The notes under the pieces were generated by a model. That model saw nothing but the letters and a program-made list of their open reading frames with translations, searched no databases and had not been told where the DNA came from. A program made the position numbers and the translations under genes. From positions 14,570,001-14,634,000 of the forward strand of contig NC_135762.1 in the NCBI RefSeq assembly GCF_052425735.1: 64,000 nucleotides of DNA. The letters run 5' to 3'. Position 1 is the stretch's first letter. Every line of letters starts with the position of its first letter. This document shows positions 10,423 through 20,809 of the stretch, piece after piece. Source of the DNA: Oculina patagonica. Taxonomy: Eukaryota.

Positions 10423-10712
10423 TCACTTTCTATGCAAATTGTTCTCCTTGAGGTCTTCCTCTGTAATTGCATTTCACTACGGAAAAGGCTCTAGAAGACT
10501 GCGATATTCAGACATGATATCATTTTTATTATCAAAAAAGAGATAACCACAAGTTGCTTCTTATACACCCACACTTATAAACCTGAGGGCTTCGATGTTT
10601 ATTGTTACGCACTTAAATAAACAAAAAATAATAATCATATCAAATCATATCACAAGTAACGGAAAGCATTGGAGATGCACGACGCAGTAATGGAAGCAAG
10701 GAATGGTTGTTG

Positions 10713-11762
10713 TTATAATGTAGTTTCCATATTGGTGGAACTCTTCTTCCGTCTGACTGTAATAATGGATTTCAGACTGAGGTTTTTACGAATCTGGCGC
10801 ATAAAAGTGGAGCAAATACATGGATTCACTATGCAATGACACAATGAAAACATAATGGCAAACTGAACAAATATTTCAAAGCTTAGACTGCAGCGCGGGA
10901 TTGAGCTTGAAAAATAAAGATGAATAAACTGTAAAGCAAGAAAAGGTAACCAGCACGAGGCAAATGCCAAAACGATCACTGCAGACATTTTAAGCAGCTT
11001 TTTGTTCCTTTTCTTGTGTCGTTGATTGACGATGGAAGTACGAAAAGGCGCCATTTCATCGTTCCTTAATTTCAGCAAGGTTATAGTTTGTAACATAGAA
11101 ACTGTTACTAGTGGCACAATCAAAACAGTAACTAGTAACGCAGTGTAATAGCGGGAATGTGTTAACTCGTGATTGAAGGCCGGCTCCCAGTTTGTGATGC
11201 AGAAAGTTTCTCCATTTCTTGTCTCCAAACTGAAAGTGTAGAAATATGGGGAGTGAATCGCCATCGCTAAAATCCAAGTCGAAAAGATGAGGATTCGTCG
11301 CTTTTTGACAGTGATTCGACGATATCTTCGTGGGAATACCACAGCGACCAACCTATCAATGGTAATTAGAACCAAGGACAGTGTGGACACAGCAATGGTG
11401 ACATCCGCGACTAAAGCACAAATCTTACAGAGCATCTCCCCAATCCAACCGTGGACTACAAAAACCGGCGACTCTTTAATATGAACCACTATCTCTCGAG
11501 GAAAGTGAGCTATGGAGAACAATAAATCTGAAATAGCTATGTTGGCCAAGATCAGGTTCATCGTCAAATTCGATTTTAGTGAGGCGAAGATAAGCAGGGT
11601 ATTTCCCACGAGCGAAGCAATCAGAAGGACACTGTATATGGTAGCAAAACTTATCATGATAGCCACAAAATCAACAGAAATCAAACACGTGCTATTTTGG
11701 GCATTGTGGCCTTGAAACTCCTCATCCTTTAAGGTTGTTGTTGAGCTGTTGTTGGCGAACAT
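10713..11762 (-). CDS. Intronless class A (rhodopsin-like) GPCR, neuropeptide-receptor-like, 349 aa
   Basis: ATG at 11762 (MFANNSS, N-glycosylation sequons). Seven hydrophobic segments; GN (TM1), NIAISDLL (TM2), C3.25, DRL, W4.50, CWLP (TM6), NPCIC (TM7). Confidence 0.92.
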   Translation of the reverse strand: MFANNSSTTTLKDEEFQGHNAQNSTCLISVDFVAIMISFATIYSVLLIASLVGNTLLIFASLKSNLTMNLILANIAISDLLFSIAHFPREIVVHIKESPVFVVHGWIGEMLCKICALVADVTIAVSTLSLVLITIDRLVAVVFPRRYRRITVKKRRILIFSTWILAMAIHSPYFYTFSLETRNGETFCITNWEPAFNHELTHSRYYTALLVTVLIVPLVTVSMLQTITLLKLRNDEMAPFRTSIVNQRHKKRNKKLLKMSAVIVLAFASCWLPFLALQFIHLYFSSSIPRCSLSFEIFVQFAIMFSLCHCIVNPCICSTFMRQIRKNLSLKSIITVRRKKSSTNMETTL

Positions 11763-12857
11763 CGTAATCGAAAACGGCAACCAGCGAAGGGGAAAAAGTT
11801 CGACTGATAAGCGCAACCAAGAGAGGCGAAACTGTAATAAAACCCAAATAATGATTGCGTTTATATTTTCGTCCGATTAGCATTTGATAGTTTAGGCTAA
11901 TACTTAGTCGTTGACTTGATTACAAAAAAGGATGCCGCTAAATGTAATTAGACCAAATGGATCCATCGATTTAGGATGAGATAAGAACATGAATGACTGT
12001 ATCAAAAAATATAAAATAATAATGTTATAATAGTAGTAATAATATAAGAAAAGATAAAATCTGCAAACTGATAGCAACACGGTGGAGAGATAATACTGAA
12101 ACTATCAAAGGCTGTTTTATTTTTGGAATAATGGGAAGTCATGTAACAGTGCACGCGCTTCATTTTTAGAATTTTAATTTTTTTTTCTTTTTGCACGGTG
12201 TTTTCCCTCGTGAGCTAACTTTCATGTGCAACTGAAAACATAAACGTCGTAAAAATGAATAGTGATGAATGGATGGAGTGTTAATCGGTAGATATCGAAT
12301 TAAAAACAAAAACGAACCTTATTCATCAGGCACCTTATGTCTGTCAATACTTCGTTACTGGATAATTGTAGTTGCCGACAAAAGCCCTTTTCACGTTAAC
12401 TTTTGCATATTTGCATAACAATACAATTAACTAATGTGGTGGCATTCTCCACCTTTAAAAATTTTAATTTTCTTTGACACCTGGAGCTATTTAAACAAAC
12501 AGACCGATTTACACGGAACGGAGGAAAACATCACGTACATTTTTACATGTAGGTTATGTTTGCCGTAAACATTGTCAGAGGATCACTTTGTTGTTTATTG
12601 GGATCTATTCTTAATTTGGGCGCTACTGTAATCAATGCACCAATGGAGATCAATATGGCCGAATAGGACTGGGAATTAGCTACCGGAATAAATATTACGC
12701 GAACAGAGATCTAGTTTACAGGAAATCGCCGCTAAAAACACGAAGCAAAATACTTCTAGAAAGTTAGAAATGACTGAAACAAAGTATTAAACGAAAAATA
12801 CACATTATATATTTGATGAGTTGTTTTTTAGAATCAGTATACAGACCTCTCTATAGT

Positions 12858-13564
12858 TTTTACTCGTGAATGCATAATGACGAGTATAGTGGGGAAGTTG
12901 AGCCATCCGTCCATCCGTCCTTCCTTCCATCGTTGTTAACATTATGCAAATTAGGTATGCTCACGGGGGCGCTTTCTAAATTTCGTTTCCCTCGGCTGTG
13001 GATAAAAATACAGCTTTACAAAGGTATCATTTCAAAGAAATAAGTGTAGAAAATACTTCACCCCTGTAAATGAGAAACAATCGTTTCCCAAACGATGAAA
13101 TATTGCCTTTTCTTATATAATAATCGCGAACATTCGGAAACGATGACCAGTGACTATGTATGTGTTATTAAAAGACTGGGAAGGTTAAATCACGGCACGA
13201 TTTATTAAAGGATAATCAGTAAAAGAGTAACGAAACTCTATACAAGACAGATATGTATATAATATCCGTGAAAAAAAAAATAAGAAGAAAAAAAGAATTT
13301 TAGCCACAGGGTATGAGAGTCGATCCCGGGTCACACGCTTCAGAACGCAGAGCAGTACCACTGAGCCATCGGTTTACTAAGCAATTAAAATGATGAAAAA
13401 AGTAATTCTTATACCTAAGCGACCTGTTATATGTTCACCCTCTTTAAATAAAGTTGATTAATATTATTAATCACTATAATGAATATTTTCCATCGATACT
13501 ATACTGTTCAAAGGAACGATTCAAATATATCTAACGCATTCACGAGTAGGTCATAGACCTCTTT
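12858..13564 (+). mobile_element. Non-autonomous Helentron/DINE-1-like element (HINE)
   Basis: Perfect 13-bp sub-terminal inverted repeats TACTCGTGAATGC (12861-12873) / GCATTCACGAGTA (13536-13548). 5' fold-back TACTCGT...ACGAGTA; CCAT/CCGT/CCTT microsatellite at ~12903-12931; 3' stem-loop AGGTC-ATA-GACCT; T-rich ends. Confidence 0.75.
13303..13372 (-). pseudogene. tRNA-derived (Pol III A/B box) segment inside the HINE
   Basis: Minus strand has TGGCTCAGTGG (A box) and GGGATCGACTC (B-box-like), followed by T-runs. No convincing full cloverleaf. Confidence 0.55.
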
Positions 13565-15182
13565 GATTAATACAATGGGCCCGTGTGGACGGCCTGTGCT
13601 AACAACTTCGAGACTGCGTTTGACCTTGCATGCTCGCTCGCGAGAAGTGTCGTATATCGTATATCAAATATATCGGATGTTACGCTACAAGATAGCGCAA
13701 CACAGAAGTTGTCAGCCGCGTTTACTTACGTTAAGTTTTGGCAAATTTCCTGAAAATGTTTCAATACCCCCTTAGGAATTGTCATCGCTTCTGCGTGTAT
13801 CGCATGTCGTTAATTCATGATATAATCAAGTTGACAATAACTCATATATATGTCACATAAAAATTCTCGGTGTATTATTTTTTTACCGCTATATACCTCT
13901 CAGTTCTATATTTTAGATCAACTAGTTCTTTGAATACATCAATATTTGGGATTTTTGAATGATTCCGACTCAACCAGATATGCGATTTTGCGAAGATTAA
14001 AGAATAATTCAATAAATCACTTTTGTCTATTTTCCCAATGAACACGTCTTTTAACGTAAGATCCTCCTGTTGGCCTGTTAATACAAACCAGAAATTTTTT
14101 AAGTGTTTTCCAATAGAGATGTGTCAATGCCCAACCATAGCGCGAGGCTGCACGTGGAGGGCGAGACTAATTAAAAATGCGTCCACTCTATCGGAGGCAA
14201 GGTGTTGGAGAAAGCCAAAAGTGTACTATCCTTGGTTATTTTCCATATTCTTAAATTACGGTGAGAGGCAGCCGGATCGAAAGTTTACTGTAGCGAAAGT
14301 ATGGTCTTCGAACTATAACCACGCGAAGTTTTGGAGTGAGCGGATGCAATAAAAAGCATTTTTTGGCTTGTTTTTGTCGAACAGTGGTGTTTATCGAACG
14401 TCGGAAGTGTTCACCCTTGCATTAATTTAGGTAACAGCAAACTAAAATTAAAAATATCGGTTAAAAAGGGTTTAAATGCTTTAGAACAGTTAAGAAAAAA
14501 CACATAGATAACATATGACGTAAAATGTAAACTTTATTAGCTGTTTATTATATTTTCTTTCGATATTAATTTTTGCTATAAAGTTTCATACAAATCCTTT
14601 TAATTTTGATGCGCCATTTTGACCGAGTTGTCAAAGCGTGAGCCTGGGCTCCGTGTGTTTAAACTTAAAGCATAGTGGTATAGAATGTAGCTAAAAATGT
14701 AAATGTAGGTTGATAGAAGTTTTTGCCCCTATAGAGACACTTTCATTTTACAGCCCAAGTCGAGCTTCCTCTTCTTGAAAAAAATACGTTGTGCCAAATG
14801 GTACATAGCATGAGACGATAATCCGTGTATTATGTAGAAGGGTCTTATTTGCTCTATTCAGTAATGTTCACAGGTACTGATAAAACATCTGAGTTGATAA
14901 ATACTTTTTTAGACAAAAATCTTTTGCACAATACTCCAACATTGAGATCAGGAGATACATAGCCAGCACACATGCTACGTGATCGCTGAAAAGGAACTGT
15001 TAATGTCGTACCGATGAAGTGATTGCCAACGTCAAGGGCTTTGATGTTATCAATTTGTTAAAAGATAAGTAAAACCAAATTTACGATACTCGATATTTGA
15101 TCGAAAGATGAAATATCTCCGTATTCCTTATATTTAATGATATAATTCCGTTTCCTAATGTACTTTTGGCTCTCTGTGTTCT

Positions 15183-15880
15183 TTAACCTATGCATTTCAG
15201 ACCAAAACGAATCCGGCGTATCAAAGTGAAGCAAATACATGGTTTCACTATACAATGACACAACGAAAAAAGAATGACAAACTGACTAAATATTTTAAAA
15301 CCTAGATTGCAATGTGGAATTAAGTTTGAAAAGTAAAGGTAAAGAAACTGAAAGGCAATAAAAGGTAACCAGCACAAAGCAAATGCCGAAGCGACCGCTA
15401 TAGACATCTTTAGCAGCATTTTGTTTTTCTTTTTGTGCCGTTGATTGGTTATAGTAGCCGAAATAGCGCCATTTTGTCGTCTCTCAGTTTCACCAAGATT
15501 ATTGTCTGAAGTATGCACACTGTTACTATAGAGACACAATCAAAACAGTAACTAGTAACGCAGTCTATTAGCGGGTATGTGTTGTTTCGTGATTGAAGGC
15601 AGGCTCCCAGTTGTGAAACAGAAAGTTTCGCTATTTTTTGTGTCTAGTTCAAAGATCAAAAGATATAGAAATACGAAGAATAAATTGCAATCGCTAAGAT
15701 CGAAGTACAAAGGATGAAAAGCCAACGCTTTGTGGCAGTGATTCGACGATGTAGTCTTGGAAATACAACGACGACCAACCTATTAGCGGTAATAAGAACC
15801 AAGGAGCTCGAGAGTGTAGACACAGCGCGTGAGAAAGGCACAAATCTTTGAAAGAGTCTGACCGATCCATCCGTGGTCCA
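15183..15880 (-). pseudogene. 5'-truncated, frameshifted GPCR pseudogene, paralogue of 17653-18655
   Basis: Fragments in several frames (ITANRLVVVVFP; ALCWLPFIAFQF...KPCICFTLIRRIRFGLKCIG) match the 17653 copy. Stops and indels present; N-terminal part missing. Confidence 0.9.
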
Positions 15881-17652
15881 TTAAAACGCTCCAACAGGCA
15901 CAGTATTGTCTTTTGGAAAAAGATACGGGAAACCCATCGATTTGAAAGCTATCCATGTATCACTTGAGGTGGTTTGAAAGACACACGTTTGCGCTATATA
16001 TAGTCACTTTCAAGAAATGACCACCGTTAATTTCTGTCACCAAGAAGAACATTTATTGACATACTTAAATAAATTCCTTACCCTAAAGATAAAGTCTAGT
16101 TAATATCACCGTAGGCAGTTTTATGGAGTTTTTTTGTTGTTGCTGTTTATGTGATACTTTGGAAGTCATTTGTAAAACAACTTTTTTTTTTCAGTCAGGG
16201 AGAATGGTGGTTTAATGAATAATTGCCTCCATTTCTAAGCGAATATTGGAGATGATGATCTCATGTGATACCAACAAGCGGAGATGAAAACAAACAAAAA
16301 ATTGACTTCATGTTGCTCTATTTTTAATTATAAGTAAACTAAGTGAATTATCCGATTAAATTTCGGTTACTCAGATGTAATGAGAATTTTTTTTTTTTCA
16401 TTTTCTGCTTTCTAAAACGTTCTATGTGTATTAGTGGTTCAGTTAGTGACGCCCCGGTAGACGGATATTGTCGTTTGATCTATTTCAAAAAGAGATACGG
16501 AGAACCTTCCATCCTTATATCAATATAAGGGGTTTGTTCAATTTAGAATTGGTTCACGTGCAGGCAGTACAGACTCATTGCAAAATGGCCACTTTAATTT
16601 TCGTCCCCCAGGAGGACAACTTGTTAACAGAATTAAGTTACTTCACGGGATATGGATGAAATCACTGCATGCAGAGGTTTAAAAGTTATTTACAGATTTA
16701 GTTGGAGATTACAGATCCGAACGGATTAGAGGGACATTTATATTATCAAAAACACAAAAACAAGCACGAGCTTGAATGAATGTAAGAATCTAATTTTGGG
16801 AGCCTGTTAGGCTAAAACTCGCCAATTAGACACCCTCTATAAAACAACCTCTTAAGCCTAAATTAGGAAACAGGTTCTTATTTTCAATAAATTAACTGAA
16901 AATGATTCATTTTAGGAAAAAATATAGTCGACTTCCTGGATCAACTTTGATAGACATGTAAGGAAGGAGGTGGGAAACTCAATAAACTATGGAAGAAAGC
17001 AATTCACGCAAGTAATCGGTTGATGAGATAGGAGGGAAAGGGTGCATTCATGGCTGCTTTTCCATAAACAAGCTGGTGTTCTATGAATGAAGGTTAATCA
17101 AATGCTCAACCAGATATACAAACGTGCATGCATGCACAATTTATTGATATCGAAGCCAAATTAAAACTCATTACGCCTATAGCTTAACAACTAATGAGTA
17201 AACGCGCACAACGCGTGATTACCGACCACTGAGTGATACTTTACGCCATAACTTTTTTTTCTGACACCACGATGTGTTGCGTCCTTCGTGTGTTGTTGAT
17301 AAAATTCAAAAACTTTGATTTAAAAAAGAATGGCAGTGAAAACATCTGAGTTGGTATATACTTTTTTAGACGGAAAGTCTTTCGCACAATACCCTAGCAT
17401 TGAGATCAGGAGGTATAGCCAACAGTCTATATGCTACGTGATCCCTGAAAAGACTGAAAAGAAAGTGTTAATGTCGAACCATTGTAGTGATTGCCAAACG
17501 TCAAGGGCTTTGATGTTATCAATTTGTTAAAAGATAAGTAAAACCAAACTTTTGAAACTCGATATTTGATACGATAGAAGAAATATCGCCGTATTCCTTG
17601 TATTAAATGATATAAATCCGTTTCCTAATGTATTTTTTGCTCTCTGTGTTTT

Positions 17653-18655
17653 TCAACCAATGCACTTTAAACCAATACGAATGCGGCGTATGAAAGTGAA
17701 GCAAATACATGGATTCACTATGCAATGACACAACGAAAAAAGAACGACGAACTGACCAAATATTTCAAAACCTAGACTACAACGTGGAATTAAGCTCGAA
17801 AAGTAAAGATAAATGAACTGAAAAGCAATAAAAGGTAACCAGCACAAAGCAAATGCCGAAGCAATCGCAATAGACATCTTTAGCAGCATTTTGTTCTTCT
17901 TTTTGTGCCTTCGATTGGTGATAGCAGCACGAAAAAGCGCCATTTTGTCGTCTCTCAGTTTCACCAAGATTATTGTCTGAAGTATGCACACTGTTACTAG
18001 TGGCACAATCAATACAGTAACTAGTAACGCAGTGTAGTAGCGGGTATGAGTTAGCTCGTGATTAAAGGCCGGCTCCCAGTTGGTGATACAAAACGTTTCG
18101 CCATTTTTTGTAGCCAATTCGAAGGTATAGAAATATGGAGAATGAATTGCCATCGCTGAAATCCAAGTACATAAGATAAAAAACCAACGCTTTTTTACAG
18201 ATATTCGACGATATTGTCTTGGAAATACAACGGCGACCAACCGATCAGCGGTAACTAGAACCAAGGACAGTGTAGACACAGCAATGGAAACATCTGTGAC
18301 AAAGGCACAGATTTTACAGAGGGTCTGACCAATCCATCCGTGGACCAGAAAAACCGGCGACTCTTTTATATGAACCACAATCTCACGAGGAAGGCGAATT
18401 ATGGAGAACAACAAATCTGAAGCTGCTATGTTTGTTATTAAAAGGTTGATTGTCATTCTACTCGATTTTAGGGAAGCTATAGAAAGGTAAAGAATTCCCC
18501 ACGACTGAAGCAATCAAAATGAGAGTGTATATAGAAGCAAAACTTATCATGATTGCATCTGGATCTATTGCTAGCGAACAGGTTCCATTTTCTTCCTTTT
18601 GTCCTTGAAGTACGGTAATAACGGGGGAGCTTGTTGAGCTGTTGTTGGCGAACAT
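17653..18655 (-). pseudogene. Class A GPCR with a single 1-nt frameshift in TM1 (recent pseudogene or assembly indel)
   Basis: ORF 18458..18655 (MFANNSS...VVGNSL) joins ORF 17653..18513 (LSIASLKS...DRL...CWLP...NPCIC) if one base at ~18486 is removed. Close paralogue of 10713-11762. Confidence 0.85.
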
Positions 18656-20038
18656 CTTACTTGTAATTCAAACAGCAATCTGTGAAGAGAAATAACTGAT
18701 CAAATCGACTGATCAACGAAGTTGTAGTAGCAGTGAAGTCAACTGACCATTGGGGCCTGACTTCAAGGCTTATGTTCTTCTTGGTTTTAATGATTGGTCA
18801 ACAAGGTTATATTATCAGAAAGGACAAACGTGATTGGTGACATGAGTGTCACGGTATTGTTAACGTAAATTATCTGGACCCTATTCTTAATTTGCTATTA
18901 ATAACACGTGACAGGAGTGCAACATTTTTAGTTAAGCTGAATTTATCAATACTCGCATTTTTATCAAAAGGGTGTTTCTTGTGTTTCTTGAATATGTTTT
19001 TGTGTAACCGCATTATGTCATACGTGTCTAGAAGCTGGGGTGTATACTAACAATGATAATAATATTATCAATATTCACATATCAGTCGTGTTATAAAATA
19101 CGTGATTGGAAAGTTGTTTTTTTTTTATTATTATTATTATTAAAGCGTATCAAGAAAACAGAACAACGGAGGGCCCAAGTCGTTTATTTCTTAATTTACG
19201 CTCCAGTTGACATAATATTGTATTTTGTAAAACCCACCGCCTTAAAAGCTATCCAAATATCACATTAAGTGGTTTTGCAAAAATTACTAATTGGTTCTTC
19301 TAAGTTATTAAGTAAACGTTTGCAAAAATGAATGCCGCTAATTTTTGTCACAAAGAAGAAGCATTTATCAACGTAATTAAGTTAATTACTTAACCTTAAG
19401 ATCAAGTCAAGATGAAATCACTGTATGGAGTTTCATGGAGTGTTATACCACATGATCCAATACAGTACAATGCAATGCAATACAAATACAAAACCTTTTA
19501 ATTATTTATACACGATATACATTAAAGCTGTCGCTTGTGGGTCGTGTATGGAGTTTGTGCTCATATTTTTTTTCTTGTGATACTTTGGAGGTCACTTCTT
19601 TGTATATACTATACCCCCCTTATAACAATTATTCTCTTCAGACTCGACCGTTGAATGGTAGGGTTATGAATATTTACCTCGAATTTTCAGAGCATTTTTA
19701 TACATTGCTCTGTAAGCGAACATTGGAAATAAGATAATGAAATTTGCAAACTTGACAAGCAGCGCTGATCGTGTACTATTAACAAGCGCAAATGAAAACA
19801 AAAAAGTTATTAACATGGTGTTGTATTATTATAACTACAAGTGAAATGCATTAAACGGTTAAATGTCTGTAAGGGGTCATGAATGGTCCATCAAAAGTTT
19901 GCAGTGCTCGCAAAATTAAGCTTCTGCTCAGAATGCTCGCAAAATTTTCAAAACAAGATACAAAACCGGTCATCCTTAGTATATCAATACTAATGGTTTG
20001 TTCAATTAAGAATAAGTTCCTGAATGTACGTACGTGCT

Positions 20039-20414
20039 ATAGACCTATTCCAAAAATGGCCACGTTAATTTTTGTCACCCAGAAGAAGAATTTGTTAACA
20101 CAATTAAATTACCTAATGGTGTATGGATGAAATCACTGCATGCAGCGACTTTAAAGATAAAAAAGTGTCTAATGAGGGATTATAGGTCTCATTACAGAGA
20201 CATTTTTATTTTATTGTCAAAACTACGAAAACGAACATAGGCTACAAAGGAGGCTTTTTCCATAGAAAACTTTCAAATTTTAATTTCAGTACCAATTTTG
20301 CAGCTTTTTACCAAAGGTTCCAAACTTCTCAGAATTTCATATAATTTTATCATTTTTCAAGTGTCGCCCTCAGACAACAGATGACAATGGCGACAATTTT
20401 TAAAATGGGTCTAT
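20039..20414. mobile_element. MITE-like element with imperfect ~25-bp TIRs
   Basis: ATAGACCTATTCCAAAAATGGCC at left versus reverse complement ATAGACCCATTTTAAAAATTGTC at right. Related partial copies near 16010, 16570 and 19325. Confidence 0.55.
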
Positions 20415-20809
20415 CGATTTAGATCGCACGGTTTTACCGGCATTAAGCGCAACTAGTATATACTTGAATTCGTTGTTTTAAGGTGGGATGTGTTTGATTA
20501 TTTCAACATCTTGCTCTATTATACTTAAAGGATAAAAACGGCGTTTTTATGTCTCTATACCTTGATAAAGATCGCAGGCACGTCTTCTCGCCCTCAAGAT
20601 GGCGTAGATAGAACTAGCTTAGAACTCGAGTCACAGATATCGAAATGTCGCGCCACAATCGACATCAGATTATATAGGTTTAGAAACGAAAGTTTTTTTT
20701 CCTTTTGTGAAATTGCTACTGAATATACTGAGAAACGTTAAGCACATTTCCATAAAGAAGATTTTGTTTTAGCTTGTTTTATATCACTATTCCAGCACAA
20801 CAGAAAAAA

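Noticed and set aside
13303-13372. Functional tRNA gene
   Set aside because: A/B boxes are present, but the acceptor and T stems do not pair convincingly and the B box deviates.
14023-14352. 109-aa ORF or piggyBac-like element
   Set aside because: No recognisable domain; putative TTAA/CCC termini too degenerate to call.
16700-17150. Possible decayed CR1/L2 LINE fragment on the minus strand
   Set aside because: Only faint motif resemblance with many stops; cannot be supported without a profile search.
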